A stretch of DNA of 64,000 nt from Octopus sinensis (lineage: Eukaryota). Where the stretch lies: contig NC_042998.1 of NCBI RefSeq assembly GCF_006345805.1, positions 168,764,001 through 168,828,000 of the forward strand, read 5' to 3'. Positions 28,054-40,824 of the stretch are shown here, in pieces. The translations under genes and the position numbers were made by a program. Numbering within the stretch: the stretch's first letter is position 1; each line of letters opens with the position of its first letter. The notes beneath the pieces are model-generated. The model worked only from the letters and a program-made list of their open reading frames with translations, was not told the origin of the DNA and ran no database searches.

Positions 28054-30032
28054 GTCTGCGGCTGTTGCATTTCCCAGAGACCAACAGAGACATGCCAAAT
28101 GAGATTGACCTACAGCCAAACAAGATTTGCTATCGTTGTCTGTGTTTTGGAAGTACAGCTTCCAAGGACGACTGGAAAAGATAAACGTTTTAGGATTTTA
28201 GTTAATATTTATGAAAAAAAAACGAGAAATGGAGAGAATTAACACAATTATTTTGAAAGGAAAATGCATGAATTATTAAATCAAAATAGTACAATGAATG
28301 AAATTTGAAATCCGCAATGAATTGCGTTCTCTGCAAATGTTAAGAGCATGATAAGAGCGAATTACCTCATTATTTTTCTAAATTGTGGATTTATATATTT
28401 CTCTCCTTCTTTTGATTTAATACCGAAAATATGTTATGAACGGAACTTCCGATACTTCAGTAGTGAAACCGTAAGTAATTATTTAACTTTTCACTTAGTA
28501 TAACTTTATTTCAACTAAGTCCATACTAGAAGTTAATGTGTGTAAAAGCCAGACAAATCTCATTAAATTATGAGGTTTATCGATAATGAAAAGATATGTC
28601 TATTAGCAACACATAATTCCAAACAAAAATCCATAAATGAATTATTCAGCTTAAGATCTTAACCATGAACAATAAAATCCAATAATAAAGCTAGGTCAAA
28701 ACCAATGAGTGAGACACAAGAAACAAAATTTGAATTCAATTACATTTTGTGACAAAGCCTGGTTAGATGCTATTATTATTGCTATGGTTTAAAAGCAATA
28801 AATTCGTAAAATGTTGCCATCATACTCACTGAAGAAAAAACGTAAAAGAAATACACAACCTTTCTATGTCACTAGTATATAATATTGCATGTGGAGACAG
28901 CAAAATTTTACTGGCCGTAAATGAATAGCATAAGCCACGTGCTCGACTAATTGCTTGTGCTAATTTAGCAATAAAATTACTGGGAGGCGTGGTATGGGTA
29001 GTAACGATTCTTACTTTTGAATATTCTGATTACTGAAGCAAAAAGAAATTATAAATGCATTGTAAAATCATTTATGCGTGTTCTGTCTCTAGAAAAAAAA
29101 ATTATACCATTCAATAAAAGTAGACAGTGAAAATTATTTTCGATAATGTCAACGTCAGTTGAGATATCCGTTCAAAGCGCAATTTATAACTGAACGATGA
29201 AGTAGTTCTGGTTGAAATTGAATTAATTCACGTAACTATTTAGCAAATGACACTTGTACAATGGCTTTTTGAATGCTGTGCTACGACCATTGATTGTCGA
29301 AGTTTTCATTACATAAACAATAATTTTGTCATTAAGGATGAAGCCTTAGTTGTAAAGGAGAACAAAGAATACAAAGATGTGGCTTCCATATTTTTTCCTA
29401 AAGATTTTATTGACATAAGTGATGTGGCACCAAACAAGGAATGAAACCAATTTCTGTTAGAAGTCGACATGAGCTTACTGTTTATATATTTCAAACCGTA
29501 TTGTTCTGGATTATATTCTTCTGACATAATGTAAGACAAGCGTCTGTAAGTGTAGGCAATTCGCCTCATTTGTATAGCTATAACTACAACCTACTTTATC
29601 AACACTGGTAGGATGTGCACACAGAACGAAGAAGGACGGGACGACATTACATCTCCTTTAATTCAATATCCTACTTTTGTGGCAAGTGGTGCGTTCGATA
29701 ATTCTTAATATTATACGTTGTGAAAAGAAGTTGAGCAACAGAAGAGATACAGCATCGGGCAATATTTAATTACAACTTAGTTCAAATATGACCAGGATAA
29801 ATTTTATTTTCATTTATTCTTGGGGAATGGATAACATAAGTTCCAGTTATACGCTCGTGTAACTTCAACGATTCTGCTAGCCGGCTGTCTTATATATATA
29901 TATATATATATAACTTTGATAGGTTTCAGTTAGTATAGGCCCAGGCTATGTCTAACTTAATAGTACCATCTCTGTATAGAATACACTTCGTAGTGCTCAA
30001 GACGTTTTAACCTGAGCAAGTAGAGGAGTAAA

Positions 30033-30489
30033 TGTAAGGATAGGCAAGTCAAACAAGTCGATATACAAAAATATTAAATACATTTAATACAGAAAATGTA
30101 GATATGTTTATATATAAAAAGGTCTGAATTATTCGGAATACAAATAATATCAAGAATTAAAGAGGTTGAATAAGAGTTTTACGAGTCCAACAGCTGTTTC
30201 AGAGGACTTGATGGATAATAGCAGCCTCCGTCTTCAAGGATTTGAGGTTTCAAAAGACGGAGGCTGGTATTATCCGATGATGGAACCAATTAACAATCAT
30301 TATTTTGGACCATCAAGCCCCCAGAAACAGCTGTTGAACTCGTAAAACTATAATTCAACTTCTTTAATTCTTGATATCATTTGTATTCAGTATAAGTTGG
30401 ACCGTTATATACGTAAATATATATACATTTTTGTATCAAATGTAGTTAATATTTTCTGCATATCGACTTGCCCTACTTGCTTATCCTTA

Positions 30490-30490
<1 letters not shown>
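30033..30490. repeat. ~460-bp imperfect inverted repeat: two diverging copies of a repeat with decayed HHR-like cores
   Basis: gtaaggataggcaag...gtcgatatacaaaaatattaa pairs with ttaatattttctgcatatcgacttg...cttatccttac. The inner gcagcctccgtctt / aagacggaggctg also pair. Confidence 0.9.
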
Positions 30491-30530
<40 letters not shown>

Positions 30531-30544
30531 ATACACACTACGGG

Positions 30545-30700
30545 TATCTTTCAGCTTTCATTAACCAAATCCATTCAAGATACTTCTGTCGGCTCGAGAT
30601 TATAGAAGAAGGCACTTGCCCAAATTGTCACGAACCGAGACCGAACCCAGAATCATGTTATTGGAAACCGAGCTTCTTACCACACAGTCACGCCTGCTTG
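30545..30700 (-). mobile_element. SINE family B head, degenerate
   Basis: cacttgcccaa...gaacccagaatcatg...gcttcttaccacacagtcacgcctgc is the reverse complement of the family B head. Confidence 0.75.
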
Positions 30701-32352
30701 GCTGTGTTACGAACGTCTAATTAGCAATCACGAAAAACTGTTGTTTTCGGACAACGAAGAGATCGGCTAGCACACACCGTAAGCAGAGCATCAAAATTAT
30801 GCAAGATCTTTTTAAAGTTCATTTTAACGGCCGGACTTTTTCCTCTGTTGATGTACGGGTATACATTTCTGTCAAAAGAAAACCCTTGTTTCTGGTTTGG
30901 AGATCGGGCTTTTTATTCTCTAATCAAGAGAAATTTGAAAAAAGAAAATCAGTAAGACGTCCTTTAAGCCATATGCCCTTCCACACATACATACATGCAT
31001 ACATAGATGAATATATATATTACATACAAACTTACATACATGCATGCTTATGAACGTACGTAATTTAATTAATTGCAACGCTGGATGTATTATATATAGC
31101 AGTTAGTGCCTGCATTGTACATAAAAATGTGAGTATAAACCCAGAGAATTAATTTTATTCCAATCCCAGCAAATGTATGTGTGTTTTGAGTTAATGAAAT
31201 ATTTGCTGGTAAATGTCTTCTTTGTTATCTGCGTGTGGTTGGCTTTTACGAGTTAAATGTATGATTTATGCGTTTGTATTTTTATAACCAAGTATAAATT
31301 TCTGAATGAGATATTTCATGATCGTGAACATGATTTTCATATTTTATGTACTTTACAAATAAAGAGCAATTGAGAGCCTCATGTGCATGTGTATGGCGTG
31401 AATATATATATTTGTGTGTTTGTATATAAGTTCATATTTGTGTATATGAATGCTTGTGTATGTGTGTGTGTGCGTGTGTGTGTAAGTGCTTGTTTCTGCA
31501 TATTTAACAGTATGCTTTCGATGGTACTAAAGTTAGTGTGTATTGTGTATACGAAGTATGTGTGCCTAAGTATAACTGTTGCATTCGTACAATATAACAT
31601 CATCTGCGATGTCTAAACGTAATTTAGCTTCGTTACTGTCCTCGGCCGTTTATTTCATTTATTTTTTGTAGACTAGGTTAAACAAGCATGTTTTGTATCA
31701 GGCTTCAAGTAATTTTAGAGGTTTCAATATTATACATAGAAGTGACTTGATGGTGACTCTCATCACGTTCTCTAGAAAACACAGATTTTCATCTCCACAA
31801 CTACATATTAAATACGTAAAAGAAAATATATATTATCAAAAAACAACGGTACATTACTGTAATTACGATATGTGGGTCAATTGTTACTGTTCAAAATTAA
31901 ATATGCGGGCATAACGGAAATATAATAAAATAGTGTAAATTCACTTAATCTAAACTAATTTCTGGATGTGAAGATTAATCTAGAAAGTGTTCCATAACGG
32001 TTGAGGAAAATCTGTTATATTAACTGAACAAGTTCTTCAAAGAAATTCTATCATATATGATGAAAACAAAAACTCTAATGAACATTATATAACTATTTCC
32101 AGTTATAATACTGCTTTATAGATCCATAATCAACAAATAAAAGTTATTAGCAATATATAAACTTACGTATTTAATTAACAAGGAAACCGAATAATAGTAA
32201 AGGCCGAATTTTTCGTTTAAACTTAGTCATCAGAAGATTCAATAAGATGCAGTTGTTGCTTATCTCCACGCTAAACATGATATAAAAGACCTATGATCAC
32301 AGCCGTTCCAGCGCGTATTTTAACATATATGTTTTTACTGTATGGTTCACTA

Positions 32353-32719
32353 TAGGCGCAGGAGTGGCTGTGTGGTTCCGGGTTCAGTCCCACTGCGTGG
32401 CATCTTGGGCAAGTGTCTTCTGCTATAGCCCCGGGCCGACCAATGCCTTGTGAGTGGATTTGAAAGAAGCCTGTCGTATATACGTATATATATATGTGTG
32501 TGTGTATTTGTGTGTCTGTGTTTGTCCCCCTAGCATTGCTTTACAACCGATGCTGGTGTGTTTACGTCCCCGTTACTTAGCGGTTCGGCAAAAAAGAGAC
32601 CGATAGAATAAGTACTGGGCTGACAAAAAATAAGTCCCGGGGTCGATTTGCTCGACTAAAGGCGGTGCTCCAGCATGGCCGCAGTCAAATGACTGAAACA
32701 AGTAAAAGAGTAAAGAGTA
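32353..32719 (+). mobile_element. tRNA-type CORE-like SINE family B, with a ~27-nt deletion in the head
   Basis: taggcgcaggagtggctgtgtgg...gggttcagtcccactgcgtggc...ggcaagtgtcttct...ggcggtgctccagcatggccgcagtcaaatgactgaaacaagtaaaagagta. Nearly identical to 45698-46108. Confidence 0.95.
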
Positions 32720-32940
32720 TGTGATTTTTCTGATAATACTGTACAATGCGAGGGAGATTTCGCTACTGCAACCACGTATAAGCGTCTTCGTTGGCTCGTA
32801 TAAATTAAATTATATTAGATATACATATTAACAATGTGCTATTATGTAAGAAAAAAACATTTACGTATATTTTAACATAATTGTACCGAAACAGATATAG
32901 CAGACATTATTACAATAATATATGTATATGTGTGTGCCCC

Positions 32941-32975
<35 letters not shown>

Positions 32976-33014
32976 GTGTAAGTATCTATATGTGTGTCTT
33001 TGAGTCTGTATTTC

Positions 33015-33172
33015 AACTCCACCATCAATTGGCAACCGGTGCTGATTTGTTTATGTTCCTCTAACTTAGCTGTCTGGTTAAAGAAACAAATAAAATAAGT
33101 TCTAGATTTGAAAATCCTTCTTCTGGATTCGATTCGTTCACCGAAAGTTTCTTCAAGGCGGTGCCCCAGCAT
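33015..33172 (+). mobile_element. Old SINE family B 3' part
   Basis: ggcaaccggtgctgatttgtttatgttcc...aacttagc...cttcaaggcggtgccccagcat. Confidence 0.65.
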
Positions 33173-33560
33173 ACATTTAACCCGTTTATCTTTTACTTGT
33201 ATTCATGGAATTCTTATATATTTTTTACTTGCTTCAATGATTAGACAGAAACAAGTAAAAGATAAAAGATCTCCAAAAATCACGCTAATCAACGAAATAA
33301 TGTTACATTTATTTGTTTGTTTTTTTTTGTTGTTTTTTTTAGATCAGAGATGAAATTCGCTATTTGTGAATGTGTTTTGGTCACGTGTGCCAATCTCGAT
33401 CTTTTCTTTTTTATATAGCATTTCTAGATTTTGAAATATGACAGTTTTATATTTTTTTCTCAGTTTTATCAATACTTAATAGCATTTTATGCAAGATTTG
33501 TTTATTGCTAAAGTAAAACGCACATAACACTTGATTAATTCCCATATAATTGATTTTAAC

Positions 33561-33966
33561 ATTAAAAATATTCATTTCTAAATCTTTCAGAGGGACTTAT
33601 AGAATAGCAGCACGATAAAGTGATGGTTTGGTGCCAACTTAATGTGGCATTCTCAGGAAAGGGAAGAATGCTACTGCTATTTAGCCTCAGGAAACACCGT
33701 TTCCAGTTGGCTATGTGATACAAGCGCACTGTGTCCTTATGTTTTCAAACAGGGGAGATAAGCACCTCCACCCAACACAGCCAGCATCCAGAGATTAGTT
33801 TCAGAGTCATTGCTCTTCATCAGTCTGGAGTAGCTTGGCTGGCGGAGCTGTCGATGCTTATTCAACTTTGAAAGTATAGAGAATTTCAAGTGGAATAAAT
33901 TCACTGATCTACAAAATTAGAAATATTGCATTTCTAAATCTCCCAGAGGGACTTATACAGTAGCAG
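33561..33966 (-). mobile_element. Retrozyme-like unit (355 bp period, ~50 bp terminal direct repeat) carrying an HHR
   Basis: attaaaaatattcatttctaaatctttcagagggacttatagaatagcag at 33561 recurs as attagaaatattgcatttctaaatctcccagagggacttatacagtagcag at 33916. The HHR lies at 33787-33829. Confidence 0.65.
33787..33829 (-). ncRNA. Type-I hammerhead ribozyme motif with one substitution (AUC triplet, C15.2-A16.2 mismatch)
   Basis: Minus strand reads TCCAGA CTGATGA AGAG CAATGA CTCT GAAAC TA ATC TCTGGA: perfect 6-bp stem I, 4-bp stem II and conserved core. Stem I extends through an internal loop (AGCC-A-AGC-TAC / T-GCT-GGCT). Confidence 0.8.
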
Positions 33967-34499
33967 ACTAACACCAGTTTCATTGGATTTTGTTTTATTC
34001 ATTTATATATACGTATATTGAAAATATAAATTATCCAAATTTCTTAAAGCGTTGTGACTATAATTTTCGGTTATAAACTTCATTTGGGTCGTAGAAATAG
34101 AGCGTTCAGTAACAACCAGTTTCCATGCATTCATTCTAAAATCTTTATTTTCTCTGTTTCTTTGTTTTTTATTAATGAAACAGTCCACCTTACATATGTT
34201 TACTTTCCCAAGATTTGATGGAAAGTAATCTAGGTGAGAATGTAGAACGTGTATTTTTAAAAACACGGAAAAGCTAATTTATGAAAACATCAAGGAGGTT
34301 CTCCTCTCCTCTACACCTGTATAAACAGTGGACTTATACTGAAGAATGTTTGCTCGTAATCAATTCATTTAGCAACTAAGCAAGCTATTAATTACTATGC
34401 ATACAGAGCTTGTTTAAATTCGATAGCATTTAAATCCTCCCCAATTTGCAGATCAACAAAAAAATTTAATTTACCACAACGACACTTAAAGTTTTTAGG

Positions 34500-35300
34500 G
34501 GGTGCTCAGATCTCCTCAAATTAATTTTACATAAGTTTTCGTTAAACAAAGCGTACTATAAAGAGATGGTAGAAATAGAGTTTTGGAGTTAACTGCTTTG
34601 TCCATTACGTATTTTGTAGTTATCTCCCGCTCTTGGATTGCAAAAGTTTGCCCTTCTCTAATCTGATGTGATATTAACATGTTCTTTGTGTTTACAAGAA
34701 TCACACCTATACATAGCATATTTTTATATGCAGGCTATTTCTCGCCCATGTTTTTGTTGAGTAACATAAATCCACGAATTTTGGAGTCAGATGGAAGATC
34801 TTTGGGAAGTTTAAAACTTCTTGAAGAATTTACTTTCTACTGGTAAGCTATTGTTGTCTTCAGTTAAGAGAAGCTGGTGGATTTATTTACTGTTATTATT
34901 TCTGTTTAGCAGATGGTGCCTGGAAGATGTCATTCTGCACTCGAAAGCCTTTTGTACTGATCTTCAGCTTATTCTGCCCTCTTCCTTCCGAAGATAGAGT
35001 TTATTACTATCGCTATTTCAATGAAAGTTTCTAGATGATGTCAGAATCTTGATTGCTTTTATATCTGTAGAACGTATTTTCTCTATAAAACAACCAAGTA
35101 TCCTAAATTGTATTGATGTTCCTGTTTCTCTCAGCACCTCTGTATTATGCTTCCATCAGATTGTAGGTATCCGTAGTATTCGTAGTGTGGAAAAAGGAGG
35201 TAGACAATTTTCTTTGGCCAAATTCCATTTCTTATCAGCTGTAATTGTTACTAAATCTAGCTGTTCTTCATTATTGCAAATGATTCCATTATAGATCCAA
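34500..35300 (-). mobile_element. Second R4/Dong-like LINE fragment, post-RT region
   Basis: Minus frames: STDIKAIKILTSSRNFH*NSDSNKLYLRKEEG...SVQKAFECR...HHLLN and EGQTFAIQEREITTKY, homologous to the 20430-21340 fragment. Confidence 0.7.
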
Positions 35301-37463
35301 TATAGATCTAACGTATAATTTGGTTTCTTTTCTTAGGGCATTAGACTAGAAAGTAAAACGTCAAAGAAGTCTTGCGTGAATATATAAGAAAACACGTCTT
35401 TCTTTCTCATTTATGCGAAATGGTTGATGGCCTCCAACTATATTCTAAGGCCTGAATCCGTATAAGAGAATTAGTTGACTTCGTTATAACATTCTGACAT
35501 GAAAAAACGTGGAGTATCACTAATATAAAACATTCCTGCATTTGTGAAATGAGCAACGAGCTGATAACACATTACATACTTATTTGACTTCCCGAAAATA
35601 TAATCTTCCTCGTTCGAGTGTTAGCAAAGATATAATCATGGTCTATTATACAAGAATATAAAATATGATAACTGGAGCAAATATAAATCAATTTCTGCGG
35701 ATGAACTTACCAATACTGATAACAACATATGAGTAGTTAAGGATATATATAAAAGGTATCCATACTGAAGCGAAAACTGAAGTCCCGCAGAATACAAATG
35801 GTCATAAAAGCCTCGATATCACAAGTGTTATTCACTCCACCTGAATCAATAATTTGAGGAGCAGGGGCAGGGACAGTGTATAATATCATCTTAGGCAAGA
35901 GATGAATGTGGAAGTGTATCTCTTCGTCAATATCTCCTAAAAATCCAACTTTGACATAAACTTAAGAAACAACCCTGCAGGCGTGGAAAAAATAAAACCA
36001 TGGAGGTTTGTAAAGAAACTTGAGGTAAAATACAAACCAGCAAACGACTAGTAATAGGCACAATGCTTCCGAAAGGGCCCTTAGGAGAAAAATCAACATG
36101 CACAAATTTTGTAATAGTAGTGTTGCCAATTAATTTGTAATCATTAATAGCATAAATACAAAGAGGATTAATTTAGGAGTAGAAAATCTAGGGTAGAAAA
36201 TACAGCTAGATATCTTATGTGCAGAAGTAATAATTAATGTTTTCTATAAAACTTTAACGGGATAACATGCAGATGTGCCTAAAATGTTATCGAGAATGTG
36301 AGCAAAAAGATGGCAATTCTATTCCGAGGAAGGCTGAGTCATTTAATCAGTTTGTAAAAATCATTCTGAAGGAATATTCATGCATATCCGTAAAATTTAA
36401 GAATTATAACATTCAAGCAGTATGAAGATGTTATTTATTGAGATGAAAAGAATATGATGGAATTTAGATGAGTAGAAGTAATAAAAAAAAATACTTCATA
36501 AATAAGTGGATACAAAGAACGTAAAGAATGTATATAAGCAGACAAAGAGAAAGTTATAAATTCCATTTTTAAAATATAGGTCAAGTGTAGTCACTGGGCA
36601 TATACATCAACACTAGTTTCAAGAATATCAGCACTAGTTTCAAGAATATGAAATGGATATGATTGATTTAAAAACGGACCCAGTTCATTAGTAGGGCATC
36701 AAAACACGCAAAATTTTGTTTTTCAATTTCTAATTTCCACAAAAGTGTACACATTGTAAGTTGATAAATTACTGCTTCTTATCTTCAAAGATCATTGGTA
36801 AAAGCGCACATATATAAATAAACAGTTTGTAACTAAATGCTTCTTTGGTAACCTAGAAACGCTGAGAACTTATATCAGAAAACTGACAGATTTAATTAAT
36901 TAGGAAAATAAAGATCTGTAAGATGTTTCAAATACTTTGACTTTGACTATATTGATGTAACATAAAAAAGTACATACACTTGTACATACACACGAACATA
37001 CATAAATTAAACACTTACGTATGTTCTTTCAGATTAAACAAGACAGCTTTGTTATATTCTTGGCGACTGGCTTTTAGTTGCAAAGAAAATATGTTAAAAG
37101 CTTATAAACAAGGTCAAATTATATGCATAAAAACATTCACATATGCACAAATATCCAAGTACATACACAGATATACATTAATATTAATGGTATAAGTTGT
37201 CTTTGTACTAGCTTCCTAATTCCATTTTGGTTCATCAATTTCCTGCATTTAAACATATATCGGACGAAAGATTTTAATAACATATCTACAGTTTGCTTCG
37301 ATTTCTTTTTTATTCGAAAGAAGGCAACCAAGATCTTGTTGGCATGCAATATTAACATGTCAGGAAAATCTGTTGAAATATTTAAATCGACATTTTAGTT
37401 GTGATGGAATATAGAGACAACATATACAAAATCCCGCTATAAATACATATAAAATATATACAT

Positions 37464-37466
<3 letters not shown>

Positions 37467-37507
<41 letters not shown>

Positions 37508-37693
37508 TTATATATACATAGAGTTGTATTTGATATATATATACGTATACATATATGAATATATATATATATATATGGATATATGTATATACATATACAT
37601 CCGTATACATACATATATATATATATATATACATATATTTATATATAGATCTGTGTATATATATATGTGTGTGCATATATATGTGTGTATAGA

Positions 37694-37759
<66 letters not shown>

Positions 37760-37872
37760 TATATGTATATGTGTATATATATATATATATGTATATATAT
37801 ATTATAGATATACATTAAATATATAATATATATATAGGCATGTATATGTATGTATATATATATGTATGTATG

Positions 37873-37904
<32 letters not shown>

Positions 37905-37932
37905 TGTATGTATGTATGTATGTATGTATGTA
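37467..37932 (+). repeat. Compound (CA)/(TA)/(TATG) microsatellite
   Basis: Direct reading. Confidence 0.97.
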
Positions 37933-38115
37933 TGCGAGCGGCGTATGTGTGTTTGGTATAAAGATAGCTTTGATGGAACAAACGGAGAAATATAACTTCA
38001 TACATGCAATACATATTGCACGAAGCTCTAAAATCGTAATACACTTCTCTAGGCTTACACGTAATAAAGAAATATACATGTATTTATGTATTTAGGTATG
38101 TATGTGTTTATGTGC

Positions 38116-38146
<31 letters not shown>

Positions 38147-38539
38147 TGTATGTATGTATGTATGTAGGCAGGTAGATAGGAGTCAGGTAGATATGTAGGT
38201 AGGTAGGTAGGTGATACGTACGTATAATATATAGATACTTGCATAAGTGTACGAATATACGTATTTAAATACATACATACGTATATGCATGCACGCATAC
38301 ATACATACATACATACATACATACATACATACATACATACATACATACATACATGTATATAACAACTCAATAACCCATCTACTGTAACTAGCAAACATAG
38401 GCATCAAAGTACCAACAAAGGAGATGTAAACCGCAATGAAAAGCACCAGATACGGCCAAACCATGATAGTAGAAATGATTGTGATATAGTTAACACGGTA
38501 ACAACGTCGGGAAATGAAGTCAGAACTGCCATATATACA

Positions 38540-39500
38540 AATGAATATAATAAATGCTCATGCAGAGGAAAATTAAAATGCCTATTGATGAACCTCTGTA
38601 TGAGTACAAATCTTGTATATAAATGTACTGTACATACATAGTCGAGGGCCGTATGTCTACAATGGGGCAACATCTGATTCATTCAAGAATCGTTATCGTA
38701 ACCATGTAACCAGCTTCAATAAAATCAATAAGAGACACCCAACATCTTTCGCCGATATTTTGTGGCGACTTAAGGAAGATAAAATTTTAAATAACAACTT
38801 TATCCACAGTAAGACACGCAATACCATATAATATCTTTTCCGCTGCTTCTTGTCTATTCTGTGGACCAATAAGAAGATTATTAATAGAATTTCTAAAAGA
38901 CTCTCAAGATGCTTACATACATGTAAATGGACTTTCGCTTAAATCAATGGGAATGAATTTAAGTAACTGTTAACGTTATCCACCTTAAGATATGGATGAA
39001 TCAAATTTAGCTTTAACCTCCACATTCTTATAAACACCAAATACTTATTTAACTCGCTATGTGAACGTATGTTCAACAAATCACACGTGCACGTATGCTT
39101 ACATCTTCGTGGTTATTTGTATGAGCGAGTGTATATGCGTCATGCAAGCTACACGAGGGTGTTTATATATTCATATCCGTTAACGGTTATATTTAAAACA
39201 TTTTTGCTGTGTTGCGTGTTGGTTTCTTTTTCGTATCTGTTGATCTTCTATATAAATGAAGCTATATCCTTTAATTTGCTGCGATTCTTCACAAGAACTG
39301 AGAAAATACATTGCGGAAGTGTTATTTTAATGAGTTGTATCGTTGTATCGATTTATCACTCGAAGAGGTACATCTGCACCGTCGGATGCTCCTGAACCAG
39401 TTGTTAAGTATCCACTCGTGAAGGACCGATGCTAGATGTGTGGAAACAATTGTAGTGACGAATAAAAACTCTCGTATCTTCCATCTTCCGTCTCTCATTA
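38540..39500 (+). mobile_element. Penelope-like element relic: GIY-YIG endonuclease C-terminus followed by a 3' region with decayed HHR-like motifs
   Basis: KCSCRGKLKCLLMNLCMSTNLVYKCTV...YVYNGATSDSFKNRYRNHVTSFNKINKRHPTSFADILWRLKE...SILWTNKKIINRISKRLSRCLHTCKW resembles the Neptune-type PLE endonuclease. HHR-like motif at ~39412-39455, with a weaker one at ~39356-39400. Confidence 0.8.
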
Positions 39501-39502
39501 AC

Positions 39503-39588
<86 letters not shown>

Positions 39589-39627
39589 CATACCTACATA
39601 TTAAAAATATATAGACACAGACAGACA

Positions 39628-39796
<169 letters not shown>

Positions 39797-40209
39797 GCAT
39801 ATGCATTGGTGTGAGTATAGATATGCATGATTGTGCTTACTTGTGAAATACGTGCTGTTCTAATACGTGTTGTCCTAGAAATTTTACTTGCGCCTGATTC
39901 AATATGGATTTAGAAATTCAAATGATGAAATCTACATGGTGAAAGAATAATATTGCTGTTTCCAATGAAACAAACTGATGTGCAAACATTATGTAAACTA
40001 TGGACATGGATATAAGATTCGTCTCCACTAATTTTTATGTTATTCGCTGTGGCAAGTATCACATTCATAATAATAATATAAAAGCACTGTTATTAACAGT
40101 AGCAATTAACCAGTTTAGATGACAGCGATAGCGATGTTCAATGATAGGCTTCTCTTATGCATTATAAACCCAACTCGTATTTCCAGCAGAAGAAAGGTTG
40201 AAAGTACTT

Positions 40210-40745
40210 AAGGCGGCGAGCTGGCAGAAACGTTAGCACGCCGGGCGAAATGCTTTGCGGTATTTCGTCTGCCGTTACGTTCTGAGCTCAAATTCCGCCG
40301 AGGTCGACTTTGCCTTTCATCCCTTCGGGGTCGACAAATTAAGCACCAGTTACTCACTGGTTGTCTGTCCTTGTTTGTCCTTTCTGTATTTAGCCCCTTG
40401 TGGGTAGTAAAGAAATAGGTATTTCGTCTGCCGCTACGATCTGAGTTGGAATTCCACCGAGGTCGACTTTGCCTTTCATCCTTTCGGGGTTCGATGAATT
40501 ATATACCAGTGAAACACCGGGATCAATGAAATCGACTTACCCCCTCCCCACAAATTTCAGGCTTTGTGCCTGTAGGAGAAAAGAAAAGCTGGATGAAGTA
40601 CTTAGCGGCTTTTCGTCCGTCTTTACGCTCTGCGTTCAAATTCCGCTGAGGTTTTACCTTCCATCCTCTCGGAATCGATAAAATAAGTACCATTCAACCC
40701 ACTTTCCACAAAATCATTTTCAGGCTTTAGGCCTGTAGTAAAAAA
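40210..40745 (+). mobile_element. Head-to-tail array of three SINE family A units
   Basis: One full unit at 40210-40398, then two units starting at the internal tttcgtc...tacg segment. Confidence 0.9.
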
Positions 40746-40768
40746 GATTGTTATATATATATACACAC

Positions 40769-40824
<56 letters not shown>

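Noticed and set aside
28054-28119. N-terminal extension of the RASD ORF
   Set aside because: It starts at TTG with no homology. The ATG at 28053 has good context and gives a typical RASD N-terminus.
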